DNA of 64,000 nt from Octopus sinensis (taxonomy: Eukaryota), in the NCBI RefSeq assembly GCF_006345805.1, contig NC_043000.1, positions 120,094,001 through 120,158,000 on the forward strand. Reading direction: 5' to 3'. The position numbers and the translations under genes are program-made. Under the pieces are notes generated by a model, which did no database searches, was not told the DNA's origin, and saw nothing but the letters and a program-made list of their open reading frames with translations. Numbering within the stretch: position 1 is the first letter of the stretch; each line of letters starts with the position of its first letter. Positions 25,984 to 39,563 of the stretch are shown here, in pieces.

Positions 25984-26945
25984 TATTGGGTTGTCTGGAA
26001 AGTTTGTACTGATTTTTAAGGGAAAGAAAAAGGTCAATAAATACTTGCCATTACATTTTTAATCAACCAAATATGAACCATTTTGTTGCACAATGCATCT
26101 CCATCTTTCCTTTAACTTGAAAATACCCCCTTCCCAGAACTGAGGTGGTTTCATGGCAAAGAATTCATCAAGGTATCTTTTTACGTCATCCAAGGAATTG
26201 AAATTTTTACCATTAAGACTATTCTGCAGGGATCTGAATTAGTGGAAATCCAAAGGAGCAATATCTGGTGAATATGGAGGGTGGGGTAACACATCCCGGC
26301 TGATCTGCAGCAACGGTCATGCTCGGATGGTGTTCTCGGCACCCTACTAGCATGGGCACAAGTGCCAGTAAGGCGATGCTGGTAACGATCACACTTTTGG
26401 GGTCGATAAATTAAGTACCAGTTATGCACTGGGGTCGATGTAATCGACTTAATCCATTTGTCTGTCCTTGTTTGTCCCCTCTGTGTTTAGCCCCTTGTGG
26501 GTAGTAAAGAAATAGGTAATATTTTCCCATAACTAGACATGGTTTTTTTTATAGCAGATTGGGAAAGCCTAACATTGCTTGTATGATGGTGATGCTCATT
26601 TATAATCATCATGTCATGTGACGACTAGACCAGAGCATGCACACACACACACACGAGTTTCAGTTTCTGTTTGCCAAATCCACTCACAAGGCTTTGTTTG
26701 ACCTGGTAGATGACACTGGTTTACAAAGTATCAAGTGCCGAAAATGAACTTTCTTATCTTCCATTTTGAAGTGTTACAGAATTAACACAGATTATAGGAA
26801 CATAAACCTTCTATGAAAAGATAGCTTAAATTGTGCTCTAAATGGTGGTGTAGTCAAATCCTATTTTATGAACTCAACTATGTTCTAAAATAAGTCGAAA
26901 GGTAAGCTACTATAAATCAGCACAAACTTTCCGGACAACCCAATA
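25984..26945 (-). mobile_element. internally deleted mariner element with filler DNA
   Basis: TIRs TATTGGGTTGTC(T/C)GGAAAGTTTGT(A/G)CTGATTT; N-terminus MEDKKVHFRHL near 26763; C-terminal VLPHPPYSPDIAPLDFH near 26250-26310. Confidence 0.9.
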
Positions 26946-26989
26946 CATACATATGTATATGCACACACACATTCATAAATATGCTCATA

Positions 26990-27575
26990 CATGCATCATT
27001 CGAGTGTGATCGTTACCAGCGTCGCCTTACTGGCACTTGTGCCCATGCTAGTAGGGTGCCAAGAACACCATCCAAGCGTGATCGATGCCAGAGCTGCCAA
27101 CTGGCTTCCGTACCGGTGGCACGTAAAAGGGCACCATTCAAGTGTGATCGTTACCAGCATCGCCTTACTGGCACTTGTGCCCATGCTAGTAGGGTGCCGA
27201 GAACACCATCCGAGCATGACCGTTGCCAGAGCAGCCAACTGGCTTCCATACCGGTGGCATGTAAAAGGGCACCATTTGAGTGGGATTGTTACCAACGTCG
27301 CCTTACTGGCACCTGTGCTGGTGGCATGTGTAAAAAGATTCGAGCGAGGTCGTTGCCAGTACCGCCTGACTGGCCTCCGTGCCAGTGGCACATAAAAGCA
27401 CCCACTACACTCTCGGAGTGGTTGGCATTAGGAAGGGCATCCAGCTGTAGAAACCCCACCAAATCAAGATTGGAGCCTGGTGTAGCCATCTGGTTTGCCA
27501 GCCCTCAGTCAAAATCGTCCAACCCATGCTAGCATGGAAAGCGGACGTTAAACGACGATGATGATGATGATGATG
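26990..27575 (+). repeat. RTE 3' UTR insertion with the 138-bp dimer
   Basis: Period 138 (26997 and 27135); RTE-type tail. Confidence 0.85.
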
Positions 27576-28103
27576 CACATATAAAAGCCATATTTAACTG
27601 TATACAAGTGACATCCCACATTTTAATAGAAAAGCTGGTAGGGGACAAGAGTAATTAAGATCCATGGAAGATGGGATTATAAAGGTCAAGAAATTTTTGA
27701 AATCATATTAGATATCCATTGTTATTAGCGGAGTAAGACAATTAAATGAATTGCCACACTGATCACTTTTATTAACAAAATAATTTATGAAATTATGAAC
27801 ACAATTATGAAACGACCACTACACACATAATACATGATCGTTAGGTAAATTATATCAAAGAAATCATTAAAGTAAATTAAATAAAAGAAGTCATCAAAGC
27901 ACATTTGAGGTTAAGCACAATTATAAAATTATCAATTAATAACTAAAGATTTATTAATTACAACTCAAAAGAAATTAAACTTAAAATCAATTTTAAAAGC
28001 CATCAAAGCAGATTCTATTTCATCACTGATGCCGAAAATGTTCTCCTATTCTTACTGTGTTAAATCTTCATGTCTGTCCCCTGATGCTGGTCTTTCCCCA
28101 TCT

Positions 28104-28335
28104 TTCATCTTTGGTGTCCTTGATCATCTTGATCGTCAGCCTGCAAACGGTTGTCTTCCATCTCATCTATGCTATTTTCAGGAAATTCTTCATCATCGTC
28201 ATGGTTATTTAGCATCTACTTCATCTTTGGTGTCCTTGATCATCTTGATTGTCAGCCTGAAAACGGTCATCTTCCATCTCATCTATGCTATTTTCAGGAA
28301 ATTCTTCATCATCATCATAGTTATTTAGCATCCAC
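28104..28335. repeat. 116-bp tandem duplication
   Basis: TTCATCTTTGGTGTCCTTGATC at 28104 and 28220. Confidence 0.9.
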
Positions 28336-28454
28336 TTTTCCATGCTTGTATCTGTAGGATGAAATTTGTAGAGGTAGATTTTTCTATGACTGGATGCCCT
28401 TTCTGTTATCCACCCAGATCTGTTTCCATCTAAGGTAATATTTTCCCATAATAA

Positions 28455-28690
28455 GGCAGCAAGCTGGCAGAATCGTTAGCATGCCAGGCGAAATGCTTAA
28501 CGGTATTTCGTCTGCTGTTACATTCTGAGTCCAAATTCTGCCGAGGTCGACTTTGCCTTTCATCCTTTTGGGTTCGATAAATTAAGTACCAGTTATGCAC
28601 TGGGGTCGATGTAATCGACTTAATCCATTTGTCTGTCCTTGTTTGTCCCCTCTGTGTTTAGCCCCTTGTGGGTAGTAAAGAAATAGGTAA
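28455..28690 (+). mobile_element. SINE family 2, full length
   Basis: Matches the other family 2 copies. Confidence 0.9.
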
Positions 28691-30069
28691 TATTTTCCCA
28701 TAACTAGACATGTTTTTTTTTTTATGGCAGATTGGGAAAGCATAACATTGCTTGTATGATGGTGATGCTCATTTATAATCATCATGTCACGTGACGACTA
28801 GACCAGAGCATGCACACACACACACACACACACAAGTTTCAGTTTCTGTTTGCCAAATCCACTCACAAGGCTTTGTTTGACCTGGTAGATGACACTTGCC
28901 CAAGATTCCACACAGTGGGTCTGAACTCAAAACGACATAGTTACGAAGCAAACTTCTTAACCACTTGGAAAATTTTTACTGCCGTTAATCTCATCAGCCT
29001 ACCTAGGCCTGCAGAGGTCATGAGCACTCTCTCTCTTTCTCTCTCTCTCTCTCCTCTCTCTCTCTTTCTCTCTCACTCCTTGATTAATAATTTACATAGA
29101 AATTATAATGTTTAAGCCACTTGAAATAAAAGCACAGATGAGGCTAGGAGAAAAAGTGGCAGCTGTGATGTTGTAGAAAGATGTGATTCAAACCCATTCA
29201 ATGTTAGTCCTCCATGGAAAAGTGGGTAATGGTTGTGATGGTGGCGATGATGATAATGATGATAATGATGATGATGATGAGAAGGAGGTGGATGTGGTGG
29301 TGGTGGTGGTGGTGGTGGTTCTTGGTTTTAGGAATTTAGAAAAGTAGGTAAAATATTACTTTGCTATGGTTTATAAAGATGAGATTTTGTACTAGTAGAT
29401 ATCGCAGATGGAGATGTTTCGAACCATCTTGTGCCTGATTTAGTTCCAGAGTTTGAGTCAATTTACTCAAATAGCAAGGGAAAGAGAATGGATGGAAGAG
29501 GAAAAAGAGGAAGAGTGTGTGAGAGAGAGAGAGAGATGGACATGGAGAAATATATTGTTTTGCAGGACCATCCAACTTATTCCAGCTATTAAGCTGATAT
29601 ATGCTGCTGCCACCACCTCTCCCACCACCACCATCATCATCATCATCATCGTTGTCAGTATCAGTCTTGTTGTTGTTGCTGTTGTTGTGTTGTTTGAAAA
29701 CTGGCTTAAAAATTTAATGCAAATTTCAGTAAGATAAAATTGATTGCTAAATTTAAAAGCATGAAGCTTTAGGCGAACTGAATATACGATAAAAATACAT
29801 ACACAAAACATTTCGCTGTAATACCTGTGCTCAACTATGATAACAAACGTAATTTTAAAGAAAAACAAAAAAAAAAACCTAAAAAATACAAGAACTAAAA
29901 TGCAGAAACAAAAACTCCCAAAAAATAAATTATAAACTTGATGGTATGGTAATTTATGAGAAGTCAATTTATTTGTCAATTAAAATGATAATAACACCAA
30001 TAATAATAATGATGATAATAATGTTAATAGTAACACCAATAATAATAATAATAATGTTAATAATAACAC

Positions 30070-30253
30070 CAATAATAATAATAATGATAATAATGTTAAT
30101 AATAGAAATAATAATAATAATAATAGTAATAATAATACCAATAATAATAATAATGTTAATAATAACACCAATAATAATAATGGTAATAATAATAATAATA
30201 ACAATAATTATGTTCATAATAACACCAGTAATAATAATAATAATAATAACACC

Positions 30254-30284
<31 letters not shown>

Positions 30285-31295
30285 ACAATAATAATGAAAT
30301 AACTTTAGCAGGAGAGTTATTTTTAGACAGCATGTATTAAAGCTAAAACAAAAAAAAAAGACAAAACAACAAAGCTAATACTTAATTTAAAACCAATCAA
30401 CTGGCACAGTTACTGCTTACATATAGGTGAAAAGCCTACTTAGTGCTTTTTACGTTTATAGTACATGAGGATTGATTACTAGAGTTCAAATTCTTGGTTA
30501 TTTCGTGTTGTAGTTGCTTTTTTTTTTGTTTTTGGTTCTGTACTTTACTTTCTTTTTTGTATTTTTTTTTTGGCTTTTTTCTCATTTTTTTTTTTTAATT
30601 ATCACATATCGGTGAGGAAATTTTTTTTGTTTATCCAAGTTAATTTTTTTCTTTTGCTGTTATTATTATTATTATTATTAATAATAATAATAATAATATG
30701 ATAATAATGTTAATAATAGAAATAATAATAATAATAGTAATAATAATACCAATAATAATAATAATGTTAATAATAACACCAATAATAATAATGGTAATAA
30801 TAATAATAATAACAATAATTATGTTCATAATAACACCAGTAATAATAATAATAATAATAACACCAGTATAATAATAATAATAATAATAATAACAACAATA
30901 ATAATGAAATAACTTTAGCAGGAGAGTTATTTTTAGACAGCATGTATTAAAGCTAAAACAAAAAAAAAAGACAAAACAACAAAGCTAATACTTAATTTAA
31001 AACCATCAACTGGCACAGTTACTGCTTACATATAGGTGAAAAGCCTACTTAGTGCTTTTTACGTTTATAGTACATGAGGATTGATTACTAGAGTTCAAAT
31101 TCTTGGTTATTTCGTGTTGTAGTTGCTTTTTTTTTTTGTTTTTGGTTCTGTACTTTACTTTCTTTTTTGTATTTTTTTTTTGGCTTTTTTCTCATTTTTT
31201 TTTTTTAATTATCACATATCGGTGAGGAAATTTTTTTTGTTTATCCAAGTTAATTTTTTTCTTTTGCTGTTATTATTATTATTATTATTATTATT
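30070..31295. repeat. tandem duplication of about 610 bp bounded by (AAT)n
   Basis: AACTTTAGCAGGAGAG at 30301 and 30911; the copies are near identical. Confidence 0.9.
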
Positions 31296-31341
31296 AATAA
31301 TAATAATAATAATAATAATGATAAATAATAAAATGAATGGG

Positions 31342-31379
<38 letters not shown>

Positions 31380-32429
31380 AAATTAAAACTGAAATTGGTC
31401 CATGTGTATAGGAATTGAAAGAAAATTTGCTTGTGTGCGTGTGCATGTTTGTATACACACACTCGCGCACACACATATATATGTATATAATGTAAATTAA
31501 GTTTGTTGTGAATTTGAAATTTAATAAGAAGTATTGAAATTTAAAATATGCATCAATTCCCAAAAAATATGAAATTATTGTCATCTTCATTTTTTTTTTT
31601 CATTATAGAAAAGAAATAATCAGAATAATGATAATAATAATAATTATTATTATTATTATTATTTAAAAATATTTTTTTTTGTAAGCTTTGAGTGAAAAAA
31701 TTTAGTTATTGCCCCATTGATGCAAGCATGGGAAAGTGGATATTAAATGAGTGATGATTATCCAGTTGGAATTTTAGCCTTTATTTTTTTATCGTACCAA
31801 AATATTTTTATTTATCAAAAAGAGCAGAAATTATGAAAATAAACAGCAAAAAAAAAAATGGCAAAACTTTTTTTTAAGTAATCAAAAAAAAATATAAAAT
31901 AAAAATGTATACATACTTTCTTGGTTATACATTTTGGTTGGAATTTTCCTTATTTGTCTTCATCTTTTAGTTTTATCATTATCTTCAAGCTGAAAAGATT
32001 TAGCTGAAGCGTCTTATAAAATAAAGATTCTTGTTATTGTTATCATCAGCAGCAGTATCCTGGTTGTTATTGCTGTTTTACTCCCGGTCTACTCTAATGA
32101 ATGGAAATTTTGGACACATTTAAGTTATTAGAACAGATCTACAATAAAAACCATTCCAGCTATGACCACTCTGTCTTTTTCATAGACATTATGTATTTAA
32201 TATTACATTATCCAATATCTCCTTTTTTTTTCCAAGATGGTAAGTTGTAATTTATGGGAGCTCTGCCTCTTATCATCAGATTAGAGATCTAGTGTAACTG
32301 CTTACAATAGAGTGGACTTTGTTGAAGTGTTAGAGGCACTCAATGATTGTAGATTTACTGGATCAAGACTGACCTGAGAAATTAACAACAACAAGCTACA
32401 GGTGTTGGGACTAAACATTACCTTCACCA

Positions 32430-33890
32430 GTTTAGAATGACCTGTATATGTGGATGACGAAATTGGAGGCAGATGAGATCACAAGAGAACTGGAAAAGGA
32501 AAAAAAACAGGCAGTAGGAAAGACAAACAACAACATAAGTGATGCAGCTCAAACCAAAGAAGAATCTAAAGGAAAAAATAATAATAGAACTTTCAATAAG
32601 GAAGGGACAACTGATACCAACGACTTAAGTGATTTAAGTGAGGAAGATCAGAAGATTTTAGATGAGCTGCAGGAAGTAATGAGTAAAAATATTTTTTTTT
32701 AAATTGACAGCATTAAAAGGCACCAACAGAAGGAAGCTGCTAGAAATAACTAGGAAAGTAGATTCTGTTATCAGGAGGATAGATACTAAAAATATATGAG
32801 ACACTAATTTATTAATCTTTGTAGGCAGGTTGGTAATCTCACAGGGAAAGATTAAAAAAGAGCAAATGTGGAAAAGGAGACTACAAAATAAGGTGAAGAC
32901 TTTAAGACAAGATCTGAGCAGAATAGAAGCCTGAAAATCACTCAAGTTAGGAAACACAAGATGCAAATCTTCCCCCAAGAGAAGATACTTTGTCAAAGAG
33001 AAAGGATTTGTAATAGAAGTGTTGAATTAGCATATCGCAGCAGTAGCAGTCACGCTCTCCAGATATCAGAAAAGAATAGATCAGTATCAACAGAATAGAT
33101 TATTTGAGACAGACCAGAGGAGATTTTATAACCCAATAAATATTGGAGAACGAAGTACTGAAGATGAGAAACCTAATGCAGAAGAAGCTAGAAAGTTCTA
33201 GAGTAATATTTGGGATAAGCCAGTCAATCATAATGGAAATGCAGTATGGTTAAAGAAAGTGAGAAGCAACCAAATCTAAGATTAACTAGTGCATTAATGA
33301 GTAAAGTGTTAGGAAAAATGCCAAATTGGAAGGGCCGATGACCAAATTTAGATCAAGGATGCTAGCTAAAGAAATTCAGTAGTTTACATTGGAGGCTGAG
33401 GGAACAACTTGAGGATTGCCTTAATGTAGGAATAATACCAGATTGGATGACTAGAGGGAGGACAATACTCATAATTAAAGATAAGAGCAAGAGTAATACA
33501 GCCTGCAACTATAGACCAATCACTTGCTTACCATTTGTGTGGAAGCTGTCAACAGGAATGCTTTCAGAAAGCATTTACGAACACCTTGACAACAAAAATT
33601 TACTTCCAGAAGAACAGAAAGAATACAGGAAGAAGGCTAGAGGAACGAATGATCTATTATATATAGACAAATCATTTATAAATGAAGTAAAAGCTGGAAA
33701 GAAAAATCTAACTATAGCATGGATAGATTATAGGAAAGCCTTTGACATTATCCCACACTCATGGATAAGTGAATGTTTGAGTATATTCTGTATAGCAGAC
33801 AACATAATAGAATTAATTAGCTTTAGCATCACTCAGGTGATGCATGCTTAGGGAATGTTAATATCAAAAGAGAAATTTTCCATTTTCGAT
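32430..33890 (+). pseudogene. R4/Dong-clade LINE ORF remnant including the start of the reverse transcriptase
   Basis: NYRPITCLP...LLPEEQK...GTNDLLYID...NLTIAWIDYRKAFDIIPHSWI, with stops and frameshifts upstream. Confidence 0.9.
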
Positions 33891-33949
33891 GTTAAGATTT
33901 TTTTCTTTTCCAACAGTCTAATCTGTTGAGTGTATATGAAAATGATAAT

Positions 33950-34310
33950 AATGAGCACTCAGAGAGCCAAGGCAGCATCAATATCCTCTCAATGATTAGC
34001 CAGAGATGATTTTTAAAATGTGAATATCTGAAATAAACTCAACTCTTTTCACAAATGAGAATACTAAAAATGAACCTGACCACTCTTGAAAATTAAGTGA
34101 AAAAACTGGAAAAATAACCCAGGATCCTTGTCTGGTACAAGATTGATCCCAAAATCTAATCCGTTCATGCCAGTCATGAGGCCAAACATCCCTAAAAGTT
34201 TCATCCAAATCCATCCAGCAGTTCTTGAGATATTTTGTCCATGGATAAACAAGCAAACAAACACGACTGGAAACAATACCTTTGCCTTAACGAAGGTGGA
34301 GGTAATGACA
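33950..34310 (-). mobile_element. Helentron-associated (HINE-like) element
   Basis: Minus strand starts ATTACCTCCACC and ends CTCTCTGAGTGCTCATT; homologous to 16161-16452. Confidence 0.6.
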
Positions 34311-34702
34311 AAGATTTCTGATTGAACCTCAAGACAAGTATTTTTGAGAGGAGGAGTTAGCTGATCAGATTGAGCCTGGTACTTGACTAGTACCTCATTT
34401 TATCAACTTCAGAAGAGTGAAAGGCAGACTGGGGAGTGGGTAGGTTGATTTCATTAACCCCTAGTGTCCAGCTGATATTTATGTTATTGCCCTTGAACAG
34501 ATGAAAGGCAAAGTCAACCTTGGAATTTGAACTCAGAATATAAAGAAAAGCCTGTAAGCATTTTGTCCAGCACAGTAAGGGTTCCACCAGCTCACCACCT
34601 CATAGTCTATAATGCTATTAATTATCAAAGTCTCTCTTCAGCATACATCTTTATGGCCTGGTTGATGCTCTGATCCCACTGCATCTCTGAGATATGATGC
34701 TA

Positions 34703-34759
<57 letters not shown>

Positions 34760-36132
34760 CATTATCATACATGGTATGATATATATATATACATATATAC
34801 ATAATTGTGATACACATGCACACACACACATGCATATGTATATTCATACACGCATACATATACATGCAGGCTTACACGCACATACATATACATGTATATG
34901 CAGGCACAAACACACACATATACATACATATGTATGCACAGACGCACACACACATATACATATATATGCAGGTACTAACACACACATACATACACACGTA
35001 TACGCAGACACACACACACATACAAACACCACACATACAAACACACACACACATATATACATGAATATGCAGACATAAACACACACATATATACATACAC
35101 ATGTATACACGCACACACACTCAGAATTGTATTCATTCTTGTATCTTTTATTTAATTAGTCCTCACTTGCTTTGGTTGTCAGGTAGGTAGGCGTGTGGCT
35201 GGTGCCACTGCGGGGGGGGTGCGGTGGGGGGGGGGTACAGGGTGTCGGGAAGTTAATTAGAATTAATTTGACTGAGTGGAATGGGAGAAAAGGCTGAAAT
35301 CTGAAGCGCCAAACTGAATAACTGAATGTCAAGTATCAATGACCTGCTCGGAATCCCTCTACTCTTCCTCTCTCTCTCTCTCTCTCTCTACAGTTCTTCA
35401 AATTTGAGCACTCACACACATACACATATGCATACACACACGCACGTGCATTCAATTACGAAATGGCATAGGCAGACAAGCAGTCGCTCATATACATACA
35501 TACATACACACACACACACTCGAACTGTGACCATATTGAAATTTCGCCACAGCATTTGATGTAAAACAAGACAAATGAGATGGTGTTTGAGGAATTAAAA
35601 TCTGCATGTTGCATGTGCATTTGCATTGAACGAATAAATCAATTGATCATTGTGGTTGATGTCTTAAACGGAACCTTTCCCAGCTCACTTATCATCTGCA
35701 ACCTGCCTCACCATCCAGACGGACGCTATTATTACCATTGCTGCAACTGGTCCTGGTATTGTTGTTGTTGTTGTTGTTGCTATCAAACATGCTTTAATGT
35801 TCCCACTTCTTCCGCCTTGCACCACCTAATTCTAAATGTTTGCGTGCCATTTCTTCGACTCTTAGGTGACTTTTTTTCCCACTAATTGCAGGGATTCCTA
35901 CTGTGTTTTAGTGAATGTTAGCTGTTGTGTGTATCCAAGTTCATTGTCTGAGACACTTGGCACCTCTCACTCACAACCCTTTTTATTTTTTAATAGATCA
36001 GATGAAGCTCCTTCCCATTTTCACCTTGCTGTAGGGAAAGGACGAGCCAACACTCAACTCACCAAGAATTTTTACGACATGCTAGAAATAGTAGTCAAAA
36101 TGCCTGCAAATCATATCACACCATTCAGTTGG

Positions 36133-36395
36133 AATATATATTTCTTTATTGCCACAGGGAGCTAGACATAAAGGGGACAAACAAGGACAGAAAAAGGGAT
36201 TAAGTCAATTACATCGACCTCAGTGTGTAACTGGTACTTATTTAATCGAGTCCGAAAGGATGAAATGCAAAGTCAATCTCGGCGGATGCCAGGCAAAGTT
36301 GATCTTGGGGGAATTTGAACTTGGAACATAAAGCTGAAAGAAATCCTGCTTAGCATTTTGTTCCACATGTTAACGATCCAGCCAGCTCACCACCT
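36133..36395 (-). mobile_element. SINE family 2
   Basis: Match to the other copies. Confidence 0.8.
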
Positions 36396-36627
36396 TACTA
36401 CTACTACTACTTGTTATATTGTTTCCTAACAGAGACCCAAATTGACAAATTCAGTTGGTATTTAGTTGAACACTTGAAGCCAAAGATACTGTTTTCCATG
36501 AAGCAACTGTAATATTAGTATCAATAGTTGTTTCAGATTTTGGCACAAAGCCAGCAATTTTGGGGTGGTGGTGACAGTTGATTACTTTAGCCCCTAGGCT
36601 CATATATATATATATATATATATATTA

Positions 36628-37166
36628 TATTAAGGGTGTTACTATACATAAATGCCTCATGCTAGGAGGGACTCTTAAAGTCAAAACTACCAAAATAAAG
36701 ACATTGTACTGAATGGAAATGCAACTCTCGAGGCAAGCCTTTTAAAAACAGATTCAGCTGTAGATCACATGATTTCATAGTTAGTACACAAAATGCACTT
36801 TTTAATCGTCAGTGCAAGCATAATCAAGACATAAAAATGAACAAAAAATCAACATACCAGATGAGCACCAAATGTATCCAGCATTGTACATAGAATTGTT
36901 CACACTTATATATCTATGTAAAAGGTGGGCTTTTCGAATTGCATCTCGGTACATGTGTTTATTCAGAATAAAATTCAGCACTGAATATATTCTGGTTAAA
37001 TTTACAATTGAAAAATAGGATAAAATCTTTATAAGAATTTATCAAGTAGTTAGTGTGAAAAACCCCATAAGGGAAAAATTTATTAATAATTCCCTTTAAA
37101 TATATTTATTTATATTAAGGGCATTACTATATATAAATGCCTCATGCTAGGAGGGACTCTTAAAGT
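36628..37166 (-). mobile_element. family D repeat with a partial second copy
   Basis: Homologous to 22882-23220; 36628-36681 is repeated at 37113-37166. Confidence 0.65.
36758..36817 (-). ncRNA. type I hammerhead ribozyme, family D, second copy
   Basis: UUGCA CUGACGA ... AGUGCA/UGUACU ... GAAA UCAUGUGA UC UACAG; one stem I mismatch. Confidence 0.55.
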
Positions 37167-37469
37167 AAAAAAATATAGTTTGTGTGTCTGTGTTTGTCCC
37201 CCCAACATTGCTTGACAATTGATGCTGGTGTGTTTACGTCCCCGTAAATTAGTGGTTTGGCAAAAGAGACCGATAGAATAAGTACTAGGCTTACAAAGAA
37301 TAAGTCCTGTGGTCGATTTGCTTGACTAAAAGTTCCATCATGGCCACAGTCAAATGACTGAAACAAGTAAAAGAGTAAAAGTGCAGAGGATGGTAATTTT
37401 CTGCAGGTCAACAACGTGAGTCTCAATTCCAGTTTCTTTCAGTCCTTTATTATTATTATTATTATGATT

Positions 37470-38060
37470 GCCTTTGTACAGCTTCTAACGCTGGAGATGT
37501 ACTACGGTGTCAGGTGTTCACTACCAGTGAACTAAGGTAACACCACTTACTTTTTGAGCACCTTCCGGAGTATTCGAGCAGTTCCAAGCAGTACTGTTTT
37601 CTGAAAGTGCTCCCCCTTTATTGCAGCCCACATTTGTTCCACGTACTTCATGAGATTTTTGCTCACTGTTCCCAGGGCTCTGACAGTTATTGGTACTACT
37701 ACCACCTTTTTCAGTGACCACAACTGCTTAACTTCCCAAGCAAACATGTCATATCTCTCAACTTTTCTTTCTTCCTTATCGCATACCTTGTTGTCAGCTG
37801 GGCATGGTGTATCTATGATCCAGCATAGTTTGTTTTCTTTCTCAATTAAGACTATGTCCGGCTTCCTATTCTCTATCTTATGGTCGCATTGAATCATAAA
37901 ATCCCATAGGATCTTTGCATTTCTGTTTTCGACGATGCCTTTATGTTTGTGGTCATACCAATTTTTTACTCTGTCAAGTCCATACTTGTTGCAAAGTGTC
38001 CAGTGAACAAGCCTTGCTATACTGTTGTGGCATCTCTTATATTCCTTCTGGGCTAGTGAC

Positions 38061-38061
<1 letters not shown>
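37470..38061 (-). mobile_element. R4/Dong-clade LINE 3' fragment
   Basis: YKRCHNSIARLVHW...ILWDFMIQCD...RKPDIVLIEK...IIDT...LLGTARILRKVL; (ATT)n on both flanks. Confidence 0.9.
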
Positions 38062-38092
<31 letters not shown>

Positions 38093-38295
38093 GTTATTAT
38101 TATTGTTATTATTATTGTTATTATTATTGTTATTATTATTATTATTATTATTATTGTTATTATTATTATTGTTGTTATTATTATTATTATAATAATAATT
38201 ATTATTATTGTTATTATTAATATTATAATTATTATTATTGTTATAATTATTATCATTATTATTATTATTATTATTATCCTTATTATTATTATAAA
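38062..38295. repeat. (ATT)n repeat
   Basis: Seen directly. Confidence 0.95.
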
Positions 38296-38984
38296 CAACA
38301 AAATGAATCAATCATTAGACAATGTTGTAATGAATAGCACAAGGAGTGCATTTGATGAAAGGTTAAAAGGTGAAATATTGTTCGTTCCAGCGCTGTGACA
38401 AAGTGTATTAATATTTTCATATTCGCAGATTGCACCACTGTTAGGGGCAATTGCAGCAACTGATTACTGAATATTTTCCTCTGAGATAATTAGATTTAAT
38501 GAAGATGTCAATTACCATCAATCAATAAATTTCTCCACTCGTCCTCCCTCCCTTCCCCCCTCCCCCCTCTCTCTGTCTAATTTGTCTTCACTTTAATTAT
38601 TAAACGTCATTTTCCTGTGCATCTGCTGTTTTTTCTCTTCAAGTCTTGCCGGCTTCACACTTGATAACTTTCTTTTTCTTCTTGTCCTCCCTTTGTACTC
38701 ATTTCCGTCTTTGGACTGTGGCCATGCTGGGGTACCACTTTGAAGGGTTTTATTCAAACAAATCAACCCCAGTACTTGTACGTTTGTATGTTTTCTTTTT
38801 GTTTTGTTTTTTTTATTTTTCAAGTCTGGTACTCATTCTATCAGTCCCTTTACAGTTACAGGGATGTAAACAAACCTTCACCGGTTATCAAGTGGTGGCG
38901 GTGGGGTACAAACACAGACACAAAAACACACACACAGAGACATAAACCAGTGGCATCCACCTGAAAGCTACTCTAGAATGGCTT

Positions 38985-39155
38985 TGTTCTTTGATGATCT
39001 TGTTAAGTGGTCTTGTGTTGGCTCTCTTTAGAATTACTTCATTGGTCATGCGGTCTTGCCAGTACATTCTCAGAATCCTTCTCCTGCATCTTTGGTGGAT
39101 CACATCAAGCCTTCTGTCAATTTTCAGGGTACTCTTCCATGCAACATTTCTCAAC
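38985..39155 (-). mobile_element. RTE LINE ORF fragment
   Basis: RRLDVIHQRCRRRILRMYWQDRMTNEVILKRA. Confidence 0.7.
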
Positions 39156-39395
39156 TGGGGTTCCCTGGAACCCTAGGGTTCTGCAAAAGCTTCCTCCGAG
39201 TTCCGCGAGAAAGAGTGAAATAAGCTAATACTAATTTCATGATTGTAATATTACTATACATGCATAACATATTATTGGTTATTGTAATATAGACATCATC
39301 CAATCTAACTTATTTTGTTATCAAAAAAATATAACTACATATATATATATATTTTTTTTCTCTCCTTCTTTCTGTGTTTTTTTTCTCTCTGTGTA

Positions 39396-39433
39396 TCTTT
39401 CTGTTGAAGAGCGTAGGCTCGAAACGTTAAAGA
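39396..39433 (+). ncRNA. minimal hammerhead-like motif, family C (A6U core)
   Basis: UCUUU CUGUUGA A GAGC-GUAG-GCUC GAAA CG UU AAAGA; all three helices pair. Confidence 0.55.
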
Positions 39434-39528
39434 CTTGTTTTATTTATATTTCCTGAGCGCCATACTAATACAATTGTTCGTTTGTTTTCCACCTGCCTTC
39501 GTCTTTTGTCTATTTTCATAAAGCTTCC

Positions 39529-39563
<35 letters not shown>

